64,000 nucleotides of DNA from Planctomycetia bacterium TMED53. Lineage in GTDB: Bacteria; Planctomycetota; UBA8108; UBA1146. Where the stretch lies: the NCBI GenBank assembly GCA_002167285.1, contig NHDG01000117.1, positions 2,188 to 66,187 on the forward strand, given 5' to 3'. Below are positions 47,343 through 57,124 of this stretch, piece by piece (position 1 is the first letter of the stretch; each line of letters opens with the position of its first letter). The translations under genes and the position numbers were made by a program. The notes beneath the pieces were generated by a model, which was given only the letters and a program-made list of their open reading frames with translations, did no database searches and was not told where the DNA came from.

Positions 47343-49181
47343 TCATTCGACCATGTTCTTCAATCTCGAGTAGAGGGTCGATCTTTCGATTCCAAGGATT
47401 TCAGCAGCCTTCTTTTTGTTTCCACCAGCGTGCTCCAAAACCTTTAAAATATGCTCCTCTTCAAGGACTTTGAGGGAAACAGGTTTCCACTCTCCCTCCG
47501 ACTGAATTGCGGGGTCTTGAGGTAGCAATCGCAAATCGTTGCCTTCAATCAGACCGCCCTCAGAGAAGATCACGGCACTCTCAAGAAGGTTGCGGAGTTC
47601 GCGAACATTTCCGGGGAAAGGGTGTGAATCCAGCAACTCGATCGCTTCGGGGGTGAGTTGTTTTCTCGGTCTGTTCTTGTCGGAAAATTGATCGAGGAAG
47701 TGCTCCGCAAGAAGTGCAATATCTCCACTTCGATCTCTCAACGGCGGAGCCTGAATCTCGAGAACGGCGAGACGGAAGTAGAGATCCTCACGGAATCGAC
47801 CCGCTTCAACTTCTTTTTTGAGGTCGCGATTGGTTGCGGCAATTAATCGAACGTCAACTTCAATGGAGGTGTTACTGCCAACCATTTCGAGGCAACGGGT
47901 TTCCAGTAATCGCAGCATTTTTGATTGGGCTGGCTCGGGAAGTTCGCCAATTTCATCAAGAAACACGGTGCCGCCATCTGCCGCTTCAAACTTACCGATT
48001 TTTTTGCGGTCCGCTCCTGTGAACGCTCCCTTTTCGTGGCCGAAGAGTTCGCTTTCGACAAGATGGGGAGGAATCGCGGCGCAATTGATGGTGACAAATG
48101 GGGCGGCAGATCGAGATCCATGAAAGTGAATCCCCCGCGCGACGAGTTCTTTGCCGGTGCCGGTTTCTCCCATCACCAGGACGGTCCCTTGTGTTGGAGC
48201 TACTTTTTTGATGAATGTGCGGACTTCTTCGATGGCTTGGGAAGAACCGATGATGGGGTGGGTGTTCAGAACTGATTTCACCAGTTCTTCCTTCTCATGA
48301 TGGAGCTCGTCGAGCTCGGCATTGAGAGAGAGCCCTGCACCCATCGTTGCGGCAGCAATGCCACCAGCCCACATCTCCGCTTCACCCAAGGGGCGAGAGT
48401 CTCCATCAATTCGATCGAGGTAGAGAATGCCACTGAGGGATCCCTCGATGAAAATTGGTGCGGCGATCACGCTACGAATTTCATCACCTGTCACACTGCG
48501 GCGGTCTTCAAAACGAGGATCTAAGGAGGTGTCACGAGAAAGAACTGTGCGTCTATTGCGCAACAGTTCCGCAAGGATGGTTTGGCTTAACACGAATCCT
48601 TGCAGTGGCACTCCAATCCGCGACCAAGCAGTTCGGCATAGCCAATGGTCACCTTCTTGGATCAAGATGGCTCCACGATCAGCTTCCACTCCTTCGACTA
48701 ATTTTTGTAATCCTCGATCGAGGCTTTCTGAGTCGGAGAACCCTTCACCAAGAAGGGGGGCGGCTTGATCCAGGGTTTTGAGGATTTGACGAACTTGTTG
48801 ATCCGAGAAGCTACCGGGATCTTCAGTTTTTGAATCCAGGATTTGGGTACGCTCAGGATGATCGGAAAATGTTTCAATCCGTGTTTCGACGATGAGCTCC
48901 GTATCTCCAATACGAATATGCTGACCTGGGAACAACAATTGTTCTTTGATGGGGTCGCCAGAGACAAACGTGCCATTAGAAGAATCGAGATCGGTAACTT
49001 TCCAGCCGGATGAAGTCAAATTGAGAAGAGCGTGAAAGCGGCTGGCTGCGGGGTCACGTAAGCAGATTTCGGCCGATTCATCACGGCCGATGCGAATTCC
49101 GTCTCGACGTGCCAACTCATCACTGATGTCGTATTTTTTTGCGGATTCACCTGGGGAAACGACGTGGACACGAGTCTTCAT
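47343..49181 (-). CDS. Sigma54-dependent transcriptional activator with N-terminal FHA and GAF domains
   Basis: FHA domain (IRIGRDESAEICLRDPAASRFHALL...DLDSSNGTFV), a central GAF-like region, AAA+ domain (GETGTGKE, ESELFGHEKGAFTGA) and a Fis-type HTH (AAEILGIERSTLYSRLK). ATG 49181 overlaps the kinase stop (ATGA). Confidence 0.85.
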   Translation of the reverse strand: MKTRVHVVSPGESAKKYDISDELARRDGIRIGRDESAEICLRDPAASRFHALLNLTSSGWKVTDLDSSNGTFVSGDPIKEQLLFPGQHIRIGDTELIVETRIETFSDHPERTQILDSKTEDPGSFSDQQVRQILKTLDQAAPLLGEGFSDSESLDRGLQKLVEGVEADRGAILIQEGDHWLCRTAWSRIGVPLQGFVLSQTILAELLRNRRTVLSRDTSLDPRFEDRRSVTGDEIRSVIAAPIFIEGSLSGILYLDRIDGDSRPLGEAEMWAGGIAAATMGAGLSLNAELDELHHEKEELVKSVLNTHPIIGSSQAIEEVRTFIKKVAPTQGTVLVMGETGTGKELVARGIHFHGSRSAAPFVTINCAAIPPHLVESELFGHEKGAFTGADRKKIGKFEAADGGTVFLDEIGELPEPAQSKMLRLLETRCLEMVGSNTSIEVDVRLIAATNRDLKKEVEAGRFREDLYFRLAVLEIQAPPLRDRSGDIALLAEHFLDQFSDKNRPRKQLTPEAIELLDSHPFPGNVRELRNLLESAVIFSEGGLIEGNDLRLLPQDPAIQSEGEWKPVSLKVLEEEHILKVLEHAGGNKKKAAEILGIERSTLYSRLKNMVE

Positions 49182-50914
49182 GAGACATCTGCCATGCGCA
49201 ATGCGCGTAATACTCTCTCTCGATCGAGAGCTCCTTGGAGAAGGACCCGATCCACTTTGCTGTTCCAACCGGAGATGTCTCCTTCGAATCTCAAGCCCGG
49301 TGCACCGGAAGGGATCGCATCGACAGGGATACTGAAAACGATCGTCAGGATGTCTGAAGTTTGCTTTTCACCAGCGGTGGAAATCGAAAATTGATATCGT
49401 TGCCGATCTGGGTTTTGCCGATCCAATTTTTCCAACTTCAAATGGTGGTTCACTCCCTCACGGACAACCCCAGTCCGTTGTAAATCTTCGATTTCAACCG
49501 CTACAGGAGATCCTTGTTGCAATACTTCAATTCGTGGAGGTGCCGATCTCCCTACCGGAAGGCTGATGCGCCAACGATTTCCAGGTTGATCGGGGTCACC
49601 GGCGACTTGCAGTTCCAGATCGGGATTACCAAGACAGCGTAAGCCATGGATCTCCCAGCTATCGATCTCCGACATAAATGGAAATGAGACGGTTCTGGAA
49701 TCATTGGCCCAACGCAGTTGACCATCCCTGATCGATAGGGATATGCGCTTTCGCGTAGCCCTCTGGTCTTCGAGAGGGTCCATACGGAAGAACCTCTCGA
49801 GTTCACCATTCTTGAAATCGAAATCGAGAAGATCTTTTGCTCCCTGATGGGCCAATAGGTCGCCGTAATATTCGCTGACCCGTTTGTTGGCTGAGGGGAA
49901 TCCCAACCAGTCTCCTATGCCACCGTTGATCGAGGCGGCCCAGCCGACCACTGTAATCAAGAGGGCAACAGTCGTCGCCGCGATCAGAGAACTACGTGCA
50001 GACTGCTTTTTGCTGGGATCGAGGCGGCTCTCTATCCCTCGCAGGCATTGCAGTACTTCCCGGTAGTTTTGTGGGCGCTGTTTTGGATCCTTCGCCATCA
50101 TGCGGTGGAGGAGGTCATCCAGTTCTGGATCGAGACCTGGTTTCACTTCAGTGACACGTGGAACCGGCGCATTGACATGAGCAATTAGGAGATCCATGCG
50201 CGAGTCTCTGCGGTATGGCGGAGACCCGGTCAGTAGATGGAACAGCGTTGCACCCAGACTGTAAATGTCAGATCTTTCATCGGTCACTGATCCTTGAACC
50301 TGTTCTGGGGAGCAGTATTGCGGAGTTCCTACGACTTCTGTTTCGTCATCCGTGAGTTCTCCAACAGGTCCAGCGAGACCAAAGTCGACCAACTTAATAC
50401 TGTCCCGGGAATCGATGATCAGGTTTGAAGGTTTGATATCACGGTGAATGATTCCTTGATTGCGCGCTTCCTCTAATGCTCGAGAAGCGGCGAGTGCGAC
50501 GCGCAAGACTTCCAGAGTTTCGAGGCATTTTTGTTTTTGTAGTAGTTCCTCAAAACTGGGGCCAGGAAGAAACTCCATCACTAAATAGGGAAGTTCACCG
50601 TCGTCGTGAATTGCGTGAATCTGGCCGATGTTGGGATGGTTGACTGCAGCGATGGCGCGAGCTTCGGCCAAGAATTTTTCACGGATATCGTCATGATCCT
50701 TGAGTCGTGGGTGAACACGTTTGATGGCGACGGTTCTTTGTAGCGATGGATCGTGGGCGCGGTAAACGATTCCCATGCCACCTTCGCCCATCTTCTCTTC
50801 GATGACGAAGTGGCCAATTTTGTCGAAGCTGGGGGTTTGCATCGGTTGGGTGTCACCCGCTGAAAGGCTATCCGAGTCCGGTGTGGCGGGGCTGAGGAGA
50901 ATGTCAGATTTCAT
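49178..50914 (-). CDS. Hanks-type Ser/Thr protein kinase with a TM segment and an extracytoplasmic C-terminal domain
   Basis: Gly loop GEGGMGIVYRA, VAIK Lys, catalytic loop HRDIKPSNL, DFG and GTPQYCSPE motifs. TM segment LIAATTVALLITVVGWA is followed by a domain of about 250 aa of unknown fold. Confidence 0.9.
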   Translation of the reverse strand: MKSDILLSPATPDSDSLSAGDTQPMQTPSFDKIGHFVIEEKMGEGGMGIVYRAHDPSLQRTVAIKRVHPRLKDHDDIREKFLAEARAIAAVNHPNIGQIHAIHDDGELPYLVMEFLPGPSFEELLQKQKCLETLEVLRVALAASRALEEARNQGIIHRDIKPSNLIIDSRDSIKLVDFGLAGPVGELTDDETEVVGTPQYCSPEQVQGSVTDERSDIYSLGATLFHLLTGSPPYRRDSRMDLLIAHVNAPVPRVTEVKPGLDPELDDLLHRMMAKDPKQRPQNYREVLQCLRGIESRLDPSKKQSARSSLIAATTVALLITVVGWAASINGGIGDWLGFPSANKRVSEYYGDLLAHQGAKDLLDFDFKNGELERFFRMDPLEDQRATRKRISLSIRDGQLRWANDSRTVSFPFMSEIDSWEIHGLRCLGNPDLELQVAGDPDQPGNRWRISLPVGRSAPPRIEVLQQGSPVAVEIEDLQRTGVVREGVNHHLKLEKLDRQNPDRQRYQFSISTAGEKQTSDILTIVFSIPVDAIPSGAPGLRFEGDISGWNSKVDRVLLQGALDRERVLRALRMADVS

Positions 50915-51072
50915 CGATTCGCCTCCAATCTCGGTGCCTAAGGAGTTGCTTCAATTTCACGACCGGTCGATCCACCCCGGCCCACGTCATGCTATCCTAA
51001 CCGACAGGGAAGGCAGGATTTCAGCGCCTGCCCAGTTCATGGGGAGATCAGACTCGCAAGGATAGTCTCACG

Positions 51073-52251
51073 ATGGCGGACAAATTCGACAACATACTTC
51101 GTTCAGTTTCCGGAGAAGACCCAAGATCCTTGCTTAAAAGGGTTCAGGGAGCATCTTCCGGTGAGGAAGATTTTGAGGTTCTACGCCTCACAGACACCGA
51201 ATTGCACATCGGTCTCCCAGCCGATTCTGCGCTATTGGACTCGATTTTGGCTCTCGGCTTTGAAATGGATCAAGCGCAAGAACCGAGCTGGGAACCCGCC
51301 CCTGCGGCTGGAGTAGCCCCGGAAGATTTTTACAGCACGACGCATCATCGAACCCAGGTTTGGTTGGGTGGTGAATGGAGAGTTGTCGCCGATCAGCGCA
51401 TGGATGGGTGTATTACCCACCAATCAGGTCAACCGCGCTGTGTCAAACTCCGGGATCTATCTGCTGGAGATCCGGTCCTCGTGGGCTTCGCTGGAGTGCG
51501 AGTGGTCCATGTGGATTCAGGAGACGAAGGCTATGACTTCGCCTTCATGGCCAATGATGTTTCCTCGGAGAGAAGAGCAGAAGTCCAAACTTCCAGGGTG
51601 GTTCAGCTCGCGCGCCAGGCGCGGGAGCGGGGCGAGAAGATCGTCTGGGTTCCAGGCCCAGTCATCGTTCATACCGGCGCATCCAGAGAGCTGGAAATTT
51701 TAGTCAGGGAAGGCTGGGTGGACTCAGTTCTCAGTGGTAATGCTCTGGCTGTACACGACATCGAATCGCAATGGTTGGGAACCAGTTTGGGAGTATCGGT
51801 GGATGATGGAAGAGTCATGCCTCATGGCCACTCTCATCACATGCGGGCGATCAATCGCATTCGCGCCCATGGATCCATCGAAGCAGCAGTCTCTGCGGGT
51901 GATTTGAAGGGCGGTTTGATGCACGCCCTCGTCGAAGAGAGAGTGCCTTACGTATTGGTCGGATCTATTCGAGACGATGGCCCACTTCCAGATACGGAGA
52001 TGGACCTCTTCAAGGGGCAAGATCAATATGCTGAGCAATTGAAGGGTGCGGGATTGGTGATCGTCTTATCGACGATGCTTCACGGTATCGGCGTCGGAAA
52101 CATGCTATCGGGTGAGGTCCCATTGGTTTGTGTCGATATTCATCCGGCAGTGGCCACCAAGCTGTCGGATCGGGGTTCAGCGCATGCCATTGGCATCGTG
52201 ACCGACGTGGGTCTCTTCGTCCGGCGATTGCGTGAAGAGCTGGTTGGATAG
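51073..52251 (+). CDS. LOR/SDH-conserved-domain (TIGR00300-like) protein; function uncertain
   Basis: The size (392 aa) and the C-terminal segments (LSGNALAVHDIE, GHSHHMRAINRIR, SIRDDGPLPD) fit the TIGR00300 / deoxyhypusine-synthase-like fold as I recall it. This has not been verified. Confidence 0.35.
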   Translation: MADKFDNILRSVSGEDPRSLLKRVQGASSGEEDFEVLRLTDTELHIGLPADSALLDSILALGFEMDQAQEPSWEPAPAAGVAPEDFYSTTHHRTQVWLGGEWRVVADQRMDGCITHQSGQPRCVKLRDLSAGDPVLVGFAGVRVVHVDSGDEGYDFAFMANDVSSERRAEVQTSRVVQLARQARERGEKIVWVPGPVIVHTGASRELEILVREGWVDSVLSGNALAVHDIESQWLGTSLGVSVDDGRVMPHGHSHHMRAINRIRAHGSIEAAVSAGDLKGGLMHALVEERVPYVLVGSIRDDGPLPDTEMDLFKGQDQYAEQLKGAGLVIVLSTMLHGIGVGNMLSGEVPLVCVDIHPAVATKLSDRGSAHAIGIVTDVGLFVRRLREELVG

Positions 52252-52270
52252 AAGGCGGAGTTCACGGTCG

Positions 52271-53668
52271 ATGGATCTCGATACACACCTTCCCTTCTTT
52301 AACGATCTTTTTGCGAATCGTTGCACGACCAACTCGGAAGACCTCAATCGCTATGGACGAGACGAAACAGAAGACTTGTGTTTCCCTCCACACGTTGTCG
52401 TCAAACCCGAAACGGTTGAAGAGATTTCAGCGGTTTTACGTTACTGCCATGAACACAGAATCCCCGTTACTCCAGGAGGCGCTCGCACAGGATTGAGCGG
52501 TGGGGCGTTGCCCGTTCATGGGGGGGTACTCCTCTCCATGGAGCGATTGAATCGAATCATCGAAATCGATGAAAGAAATCATCAAGTCACCACTGAACCG
52601 GGAGTGATCACGCAAGTCTTGCAAGAAGCGGTGCGTGAAAAGGGGCTTTTCTACCCGCCAGATCCGGCGAGCAAAGGTAGCTGTTTTATCGGTGGCAACA
52701 TCGCTGAAAATTCTGGAGGACCCAAGGCGGTGAAATATGGTGTGACCCGGGACTACGTCCTCAATTTGGAAGTGGTTCTCCCTGGTGGGGAAGTGATTTG
52801 GACCGGTGCAAATGTGCTCAAGAATGCCACCGGCTACGATTTAACCCACTTGATGGTGGGTTCAGAGGGGACGCTTGGAGTCGTTACCAAAATCGTTCTA
52901 AAGCTCATTCCACACCCGACTCACGACCTGTTGATGCTGGTGCCATTTCGCGAAGCGCGGGCGGCATGTGAGGCTGTGGCGGCGATTTTTCAAGCGGGAA
53001 TCACTCCCAGTGGCCTCGAGTTTATGGAGCGGGATGCTTTGATCGCCACTCGTGAGTTCACCGGTGACGACACCCTGAAAATTGAGGCGGATCATGCGGC
53101 GCATCTGTTGATAGAAGTGGATGGGCACGATCCGGATGGGTTGATGGAAGAGTGTGAAAAGATTGTTGGAGTTCTCGAACGTTTTCCCACAGACGAGATC
53201 CTCTTTGCAGATTCGACTGCACAAAAAGAAGGCTTGTGGTCATTGAGGCGTAAAGTTAGTGAAGCGGTCAAAGCACGATCGATCTATAAAGAAGAAGATA
53301 CGGTGGTGCCCCGTTACCAACTTCCAGAGCTTCTCGACCACGTAAAAAGAATCGGAGCAGAGTACGGCTTCGAATCGATTTGTTATGGGCACGCGGGTGA
53401 TGGGAATTTACACGTCAACATTCTTCGCGGGGATTTAAGCGATCAGCAGTGGCGGGAAGAGATCCCCAGTGCGATCCGAGAGCTCTTTACAGAAGTTCGC
53501 AAGTTGGGCGGAACCATCTCTGGAGAACATGGTATCGGCGTTGTTCAGCAACCCTATATGGATGTAATGTTTCCCGAAGTGACCCTTGATTTGATGCGAT
53601 CGATCAAAAAAGTCTTCGATCCCAGAGGGGTTCTCAATCCCGGGAAGATCTTCGACCCCGTCGTCTAA
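52271..53668 (+). CDS. FAD-linked oxidase (GlcD / D-lactate dehydrogenase family)
   Basis: FAD_binding_4 motifs (PGGARTGLSGGALP; EPGVITQVL) and a C-terminal FAD-oxidase_C region (GTISGEHGIG..., DPRGVLNPGKIF). Confidence 0.85.
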   Translation: MDLDTHLPFFNDLFANRCTTNSEDLNRYGRDETEDLCFPPHVVVKPETVEEISAVLRYCHEHRIPVTPGGARTGLSGGALPVHGGVLLSMERLNRIIEIDERNHQVTTEPGVITQVLQEAVREKGLFYPPDPASKGSCFIGGNIAENSGGPKAVKYGVTRDYVLNLEVVLPGGEVIWTGANVLKNATGYDLTHLMVGSEGTLGVVTKIVLKLIPHPTHDLLMLVPFREARAACEAVAAIFQAGITPSGLEFMERDALIATREFTGDDTLKIEADHAAHLLIEVDGHDPDGLMEECEKIVGVLERFPTDEILFADSTAQKEGLWSLRRKVSEAVKARSIYKEEDTVVPRYQLPELLDHVKRIGAEYGFESICYGHAGDGNLHVNILRGDLSDQQWREEIPSAIRELFTEVRKLGGTISGEHGIGVVQQPYMDVMFPEVTLDLMRSIKKVFDPRGVLNPGKIFDPVV

Positions 53669-53679
53669 GAAAAAAGTTC

Positions 53680-55005
53680 CTAGAGGGGGACAGGTTTCTT
53701 TACGGAATCCTTTTTCGATTCCTCTTCCTTCTTTTTCGTCGGCTCTTCCGATTCCTTCGGGGCCTCCTTCATTGATTGTCCCCACTGTTCCAATTCCTTG
53801 ATATCGACCGTTTCCGGCAGAGGGGTCTTCGGTGAGTTCAGTGCGAGTAAGGTCATCGCCGTGCCGTAAGCAGCACTTCTTGGAAACACTCGATCATTCC
53901 ATGTTCCTGGTTTGTCGCGGACCTGCCAAAGGAGTTCCAGGAGTCGAATGCGGGCCTGTTTCTGCTCTTCTTTGGGAAGGACTTTGATGGCGCGGGCTGT
54001 GTGTAGGTGTGCGTAAAAGAAGTAATACGGCGCGATGTAGTAGGGTGGGTTGTGGGTTCCTGTTCCCGCTCTGCGACGTTCGAGCCATTTCCAGTGATCA
54101 AAAAATGCTTTTAGGGCGAAGCGGACCTTTTCGATGTCATTCATGCCGACTTGAAAGAGAGCCAATTCGCTCACTGCCATGCGCGCACAAGCCCCTTCTA
54201 AAGCTTCGAAGCCTTCACCTGACACCCTGTCCGGTTGGGTCGAATACTGGATTGCGCCACTTTCGATTCGTGCGTTTTCGATGGTCTTCAAGGCACGTAT
54301 GACGACATTGCCATCGAAGGGGTAACCCATCTCTTTAGCTCGCAGAAGTGCCATCACTGCTGGCCCTGTCATGAATGGGGAGGCTGGGCTCTGCACGTTG
54401 CGGCGACGTGATCGGGAGTAATTCCAGCCACCACCAGGGATCTCATTTTGGATGAGGGTATCGATCAGTTGCCGGATTTTTTGCTGAACAGCAGCAAGGC
54501 GATCCTTGGGAACCATGTTGAGTTGTTCCAGTCGCAGCAAGGTTTCCAAGCATTCGATGTGTCCCCAATCGCGGACGTCGTAACCACGATTGAAACCCAC
54601 TCCCATGGCGGGGGATTGCAGTGATTCTTTGAGGAGAAAATTAAGTCCTCTCAGCAGAACGTTACCGAGAGGATCCTTTTCTTTGAAATTGACTCTTTTA
54701 GTGGGGAGCGATTCGATCAAGGAGCGTAAGACGATGGCGGTTCCACCTACACGATAACCTGGAGGGATTTGCCCCCGTTCTCGGTAGACGCCTTCGTAGG
54801 GCCATTCGCCAATGGGATAGGCAGCACCTTTGCTATCCCCTTCCTCCTCCGCCGATTGCCCCTCTTGTTGCCCCTCTTGGGCTTGCAAAAGAAACTCGAT
54901 GGCTTTGACGCTGGCATCTCGCCAACGGTCTTCCTCGTTGATGATTTCGGGAGTGGGGAAGGCAAGGGAGCAGTAGAAACAGATCAGCGGGAAGAAGGAA
55001 TTCAT
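53680..55005 (-). CDS. Secreted protein, possibly an alpha/alpha-toroid (prenyltransferase/terpene-cyclase-like) fold, with a Lys/Glu-rich tail
   Basis: Signal-like N-terminus MNSFFPLICFYCSLAFP, motifs IPGGGWNYS and PGTWNDRVFP, and a C-terminal KKKEEESKKDSVKK tail. The fold assignment is weak. Confidence 0.4.
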   Translation of the reverse strand: MNSFFPLICFYCSLAFPTPEIINEEDRWRDASVKAIEFLLQAQEGQQEGQSAEEEGDSKGAAYPIGEWPYEGVYRERGQIPPGYRVGGTAIVLRSLIESLPTKRVNFKEKDPLGNVLLRGLNFLLKESLQSPAMGVGFNRGYDVRDWGHIECLETLLRLEQLNMVPKDRLAAVQQKIRQLIDTLIQNEIPGGGWNYSRSRRRNVQSPASPFMTGPAVMALLRAKEMGYPFDGNVVIRALKTIENARIESGAIQYSTQPDRVSGEGFEALEGACARMAVSELALFQVGMNDIEKVRFALKAFFDHWKWLERRRAGTGTHNPPYYIAPYYFFYAHLHTARAIKVLPKEEQKQARIRLLELLWQVRDKPGTWNDRVFPRSAAYGTAMTLLALNSPKTPLPETVDIKELEQWGQSMKEAPKESEEPTKKKEEESKKDSVKKPVPL

Positions 55006-55342
55006 CGGTAACGACTCCGTTGCAGCTTTTTAGGATTCTCTTTTGAAGCTGCATGCTGCCACGAATTGGGGAAGGACTGCAGCACAATTCAGCAGAGTGG
55101 GAGTGAGTTAAATTACTACAAAAATACCCCATATGAGGCCCTATATCGGGTAAAGTGGCCGATAGGTTCGTGATCCTCGCCGATGTGTGTCTTCGTAAGT
55201 TTTTTATTTTCAAGGGTTTATGAATTCAGTGGTCAATTCGAGCTGAAGCCGGTGGGGTTCAGACAGCGGGTACACCATTTGCTATCTATATCCACAGCTG
55301 ACCCGCTGAATCGCCGCACGGTTGCGGTGCCTTGAGAGAGGA

Positions 55343-57124
55343 ATGGGCTCCATGAGTTCCCAATCCATGAGTTCCGAAACGGGATTCTGGAACTTCAGGT
55401 TCAAACTGATTCTGCTGATTGCCCTTTTGATGGCTGGCACCCTTTCGGTGCAGGCGGTCATCCGCAATCACAGCATTCAGGTGATCCTCGATGGCACCGA
55501 AGAGGTCGCTGGCAAGATTGCCAATGAGGCGGCGGAGAAGATTGTGATCGCCACCTCCACCAATGATCCAGCGAGCTGGAATAGTGGAGGGGTTTCCTCC
55601 GCATACTTCCAAAATAACTCCAGGCTATCAAAGACACTGGAGCTGAATGCTCTGGAAATTATGCGTCTGTCAGATGAGATTCGATCTCAGACAAGCGCAC
55701 AAGATTCCACGGGTAGCATGAACCTAGAGGAGACTCTTCTCGATATGGTCGTGGCTTTCCAACCGGACTTGAACAGTTCCGCATACGTCGAAGCTAGAAA
55801 AGTATTGATTGCTCGATCGAACTCCCAAGGAACGACAGTCATTCGTAAAGAAGAATATAAACCTGAAAGATATGGCAAGAGAAAAAGCAGTTCCTCTGCG
55901 AAGAATTTTGGTACTGCTAAAGAGACTTCTTTAACGCTAAGTTTCGCGACCCCTGAGCTCGGTGAAGCCACTGAACAAGTAGAGAATCTTGGTCTTGAAG
56001 AGCCAGCAAATTCTGAGGTTCCATCCATCGGCGACCTCTTCCTTACCACAGAGGCTTCTTCCGTGGAGGGATCCGCTGCAAGTGAAAGTAGTCCTGGAGG
56101 ATTCAGTGGAGACCCGGACAACTTGTCGATCGATCTTAAAGTTCCTCTTCAAGAATTGGCAGAGTTGGTCCGTCAAACTAATGAGCGTGATCTGCTGGCG
56201 ACCCTCTCCGTATTTATGATCGGATTGGCGCTGGCATGGATCCTTGGTAGTCGTCTGGTTAAGCCGGTTACCGAAGTGGTTGAAGGGATGCAAAAAGTCG
56301 CTGCAGGCGACATGAGTGTAAGACTTTCAGAACAGAGGGATGTCGAGTTTGCACTCATTAATGGCCATTTTAATGAAATGGTTCAGCAGTTGGAAAACGC
56401 CCGTTCTATGGAACGGGGACTAGAGCACCGTGAGCGTTTGCAAACGATGGGGGACCTCGCTGCTGGGGTTGCCCACGATATTCGTAATCCCTTGAGTGCG
56501 ATCTCGATGATCGTTGGGCGTCTCGGGTTTGACTATGCACCTACCGATGCCAAAGAGAGAGAAGAGTTTCTGAGTCATACCAAAGACATCAAGGATGAGA
56601 TCGAGAGACTCAACAATCTCGTTTCCGACTTTTTGCAGTTGGCCCAGCCGAACTCTCAGGATTCAAAGCCTTGCCAAGTGGGGGATCTGCTTCAGGAGCT
56701 TCATAGGCTCCTCGACAAAGAGGCCGCCGATCAAAATGTCAGCATCCAGTTAGACATTCAGGAGGATCTATCTCTAACCCGCTGGAATCCTGTCGAAGGA
56801 AAGAGTGCTTTCCTGAATGTGGCGATGAATGCCATCCAGGCGATGCAGTCCACTGGAGGATCATTAACGATTCAAGCGCGAAGTGATGATCACTGGATCG
56901 TCGTGGCCTTTAAAGATGATGGGCCCGGAATCGCCCGCGAGGATTGCGAGCAGGTTCTGCTTCCCTACGTCACTCGCAGACCAGGCGGAACCGGATTGGG
57001 CCTCGCGATCGCTCGCAGGGTTGCTGAGCGTTACGGAGGACGTCTCGAATTGACTTCACAACTCGCTGTCGGTACGGAAGTCCGATTCCTGCTACCCGTT
57101 CTCGATGAGGAGGCCTCGGCATGA
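55343..57124 (+). CDS. Sensor histidine kinase (HAMP-HisKA-HATPase_c)
   Basis: Two TM segments flank a region of about 260 aa. HAMP domain, H-box AAGVAHDIRNPL, G-boxes FKDDGPGI and GGTGLGLAI. ATG 55343 has SD gagagagga; the longest ORF begins at 55322. Confidence 0.85.
   Translation: MGSMSSQSMSSETGFWNFRFKLILLIALLMAGTLSVQAVIRNHSIQVILDGTEEVAGKIANEAAEKIVIATSTNDPASWNSGGVSSAYFQNNSRLSKTLELNALEIMRLSDEIRSQTSAQDSTGSMNLEETLLDMVVAFQPDLNSSAYVEARKVLIARSNSQGTTVIRKEEYKPERYGKRKSSSSAKNFGTAKETSLTLSFATPELGEATEQVENLGLEEPANSEVPSIGDLFLTTEASSVEGSAASESSPGGFSGDPDNLSIDLKVPLQELAELVRQTNERDLLATLSVFMIGLALAWILGSRLVKPVTEVVEGMQKVAAGDMSVRLSEQRDVEFALINGHFNEMVQQLENARSMERGLEHRERLQTMGDLAAGVAHDIRNPLSAISMIVGRLGFDYAPTDAKEREEFLSHTKDIKDEIERLNNLVSDFLQLAQPNSQDSKPCQVGDLLQELHRLLDKEAADQNVSIQLDIQEDLSLTRWNPVEGKSAFLNVAMNAIQAMQSTGGSLTIQARSDDHWIVVAFKDDGPGIAREDCEQVLLPYVTRRPGGTGLGLAIARRVAERYGGRLELTSQLAVGTEVRFLLPVLDEEASA

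Noticed and set aside
47264-47473. + strand ORF and a TGGCAT-N6-..GC sequence (47294-47310) in the gap between the EBP gene and the secretin-N gene.
   Set aside because: The ORF runs antisense into the EBP gene. The -24/-12-like sequence has the wrong spacing and points away from any plausible + strand gene.
55156-55171. Sigma54-like sequence TGGCCG-ATAGG-TTCGT on the + strand upstream of the histidine kinase gene.
   Set aside because: It lacks the -12 GC dinucleotide (TTCG), so it is not supportable as a sigma54 promoter.
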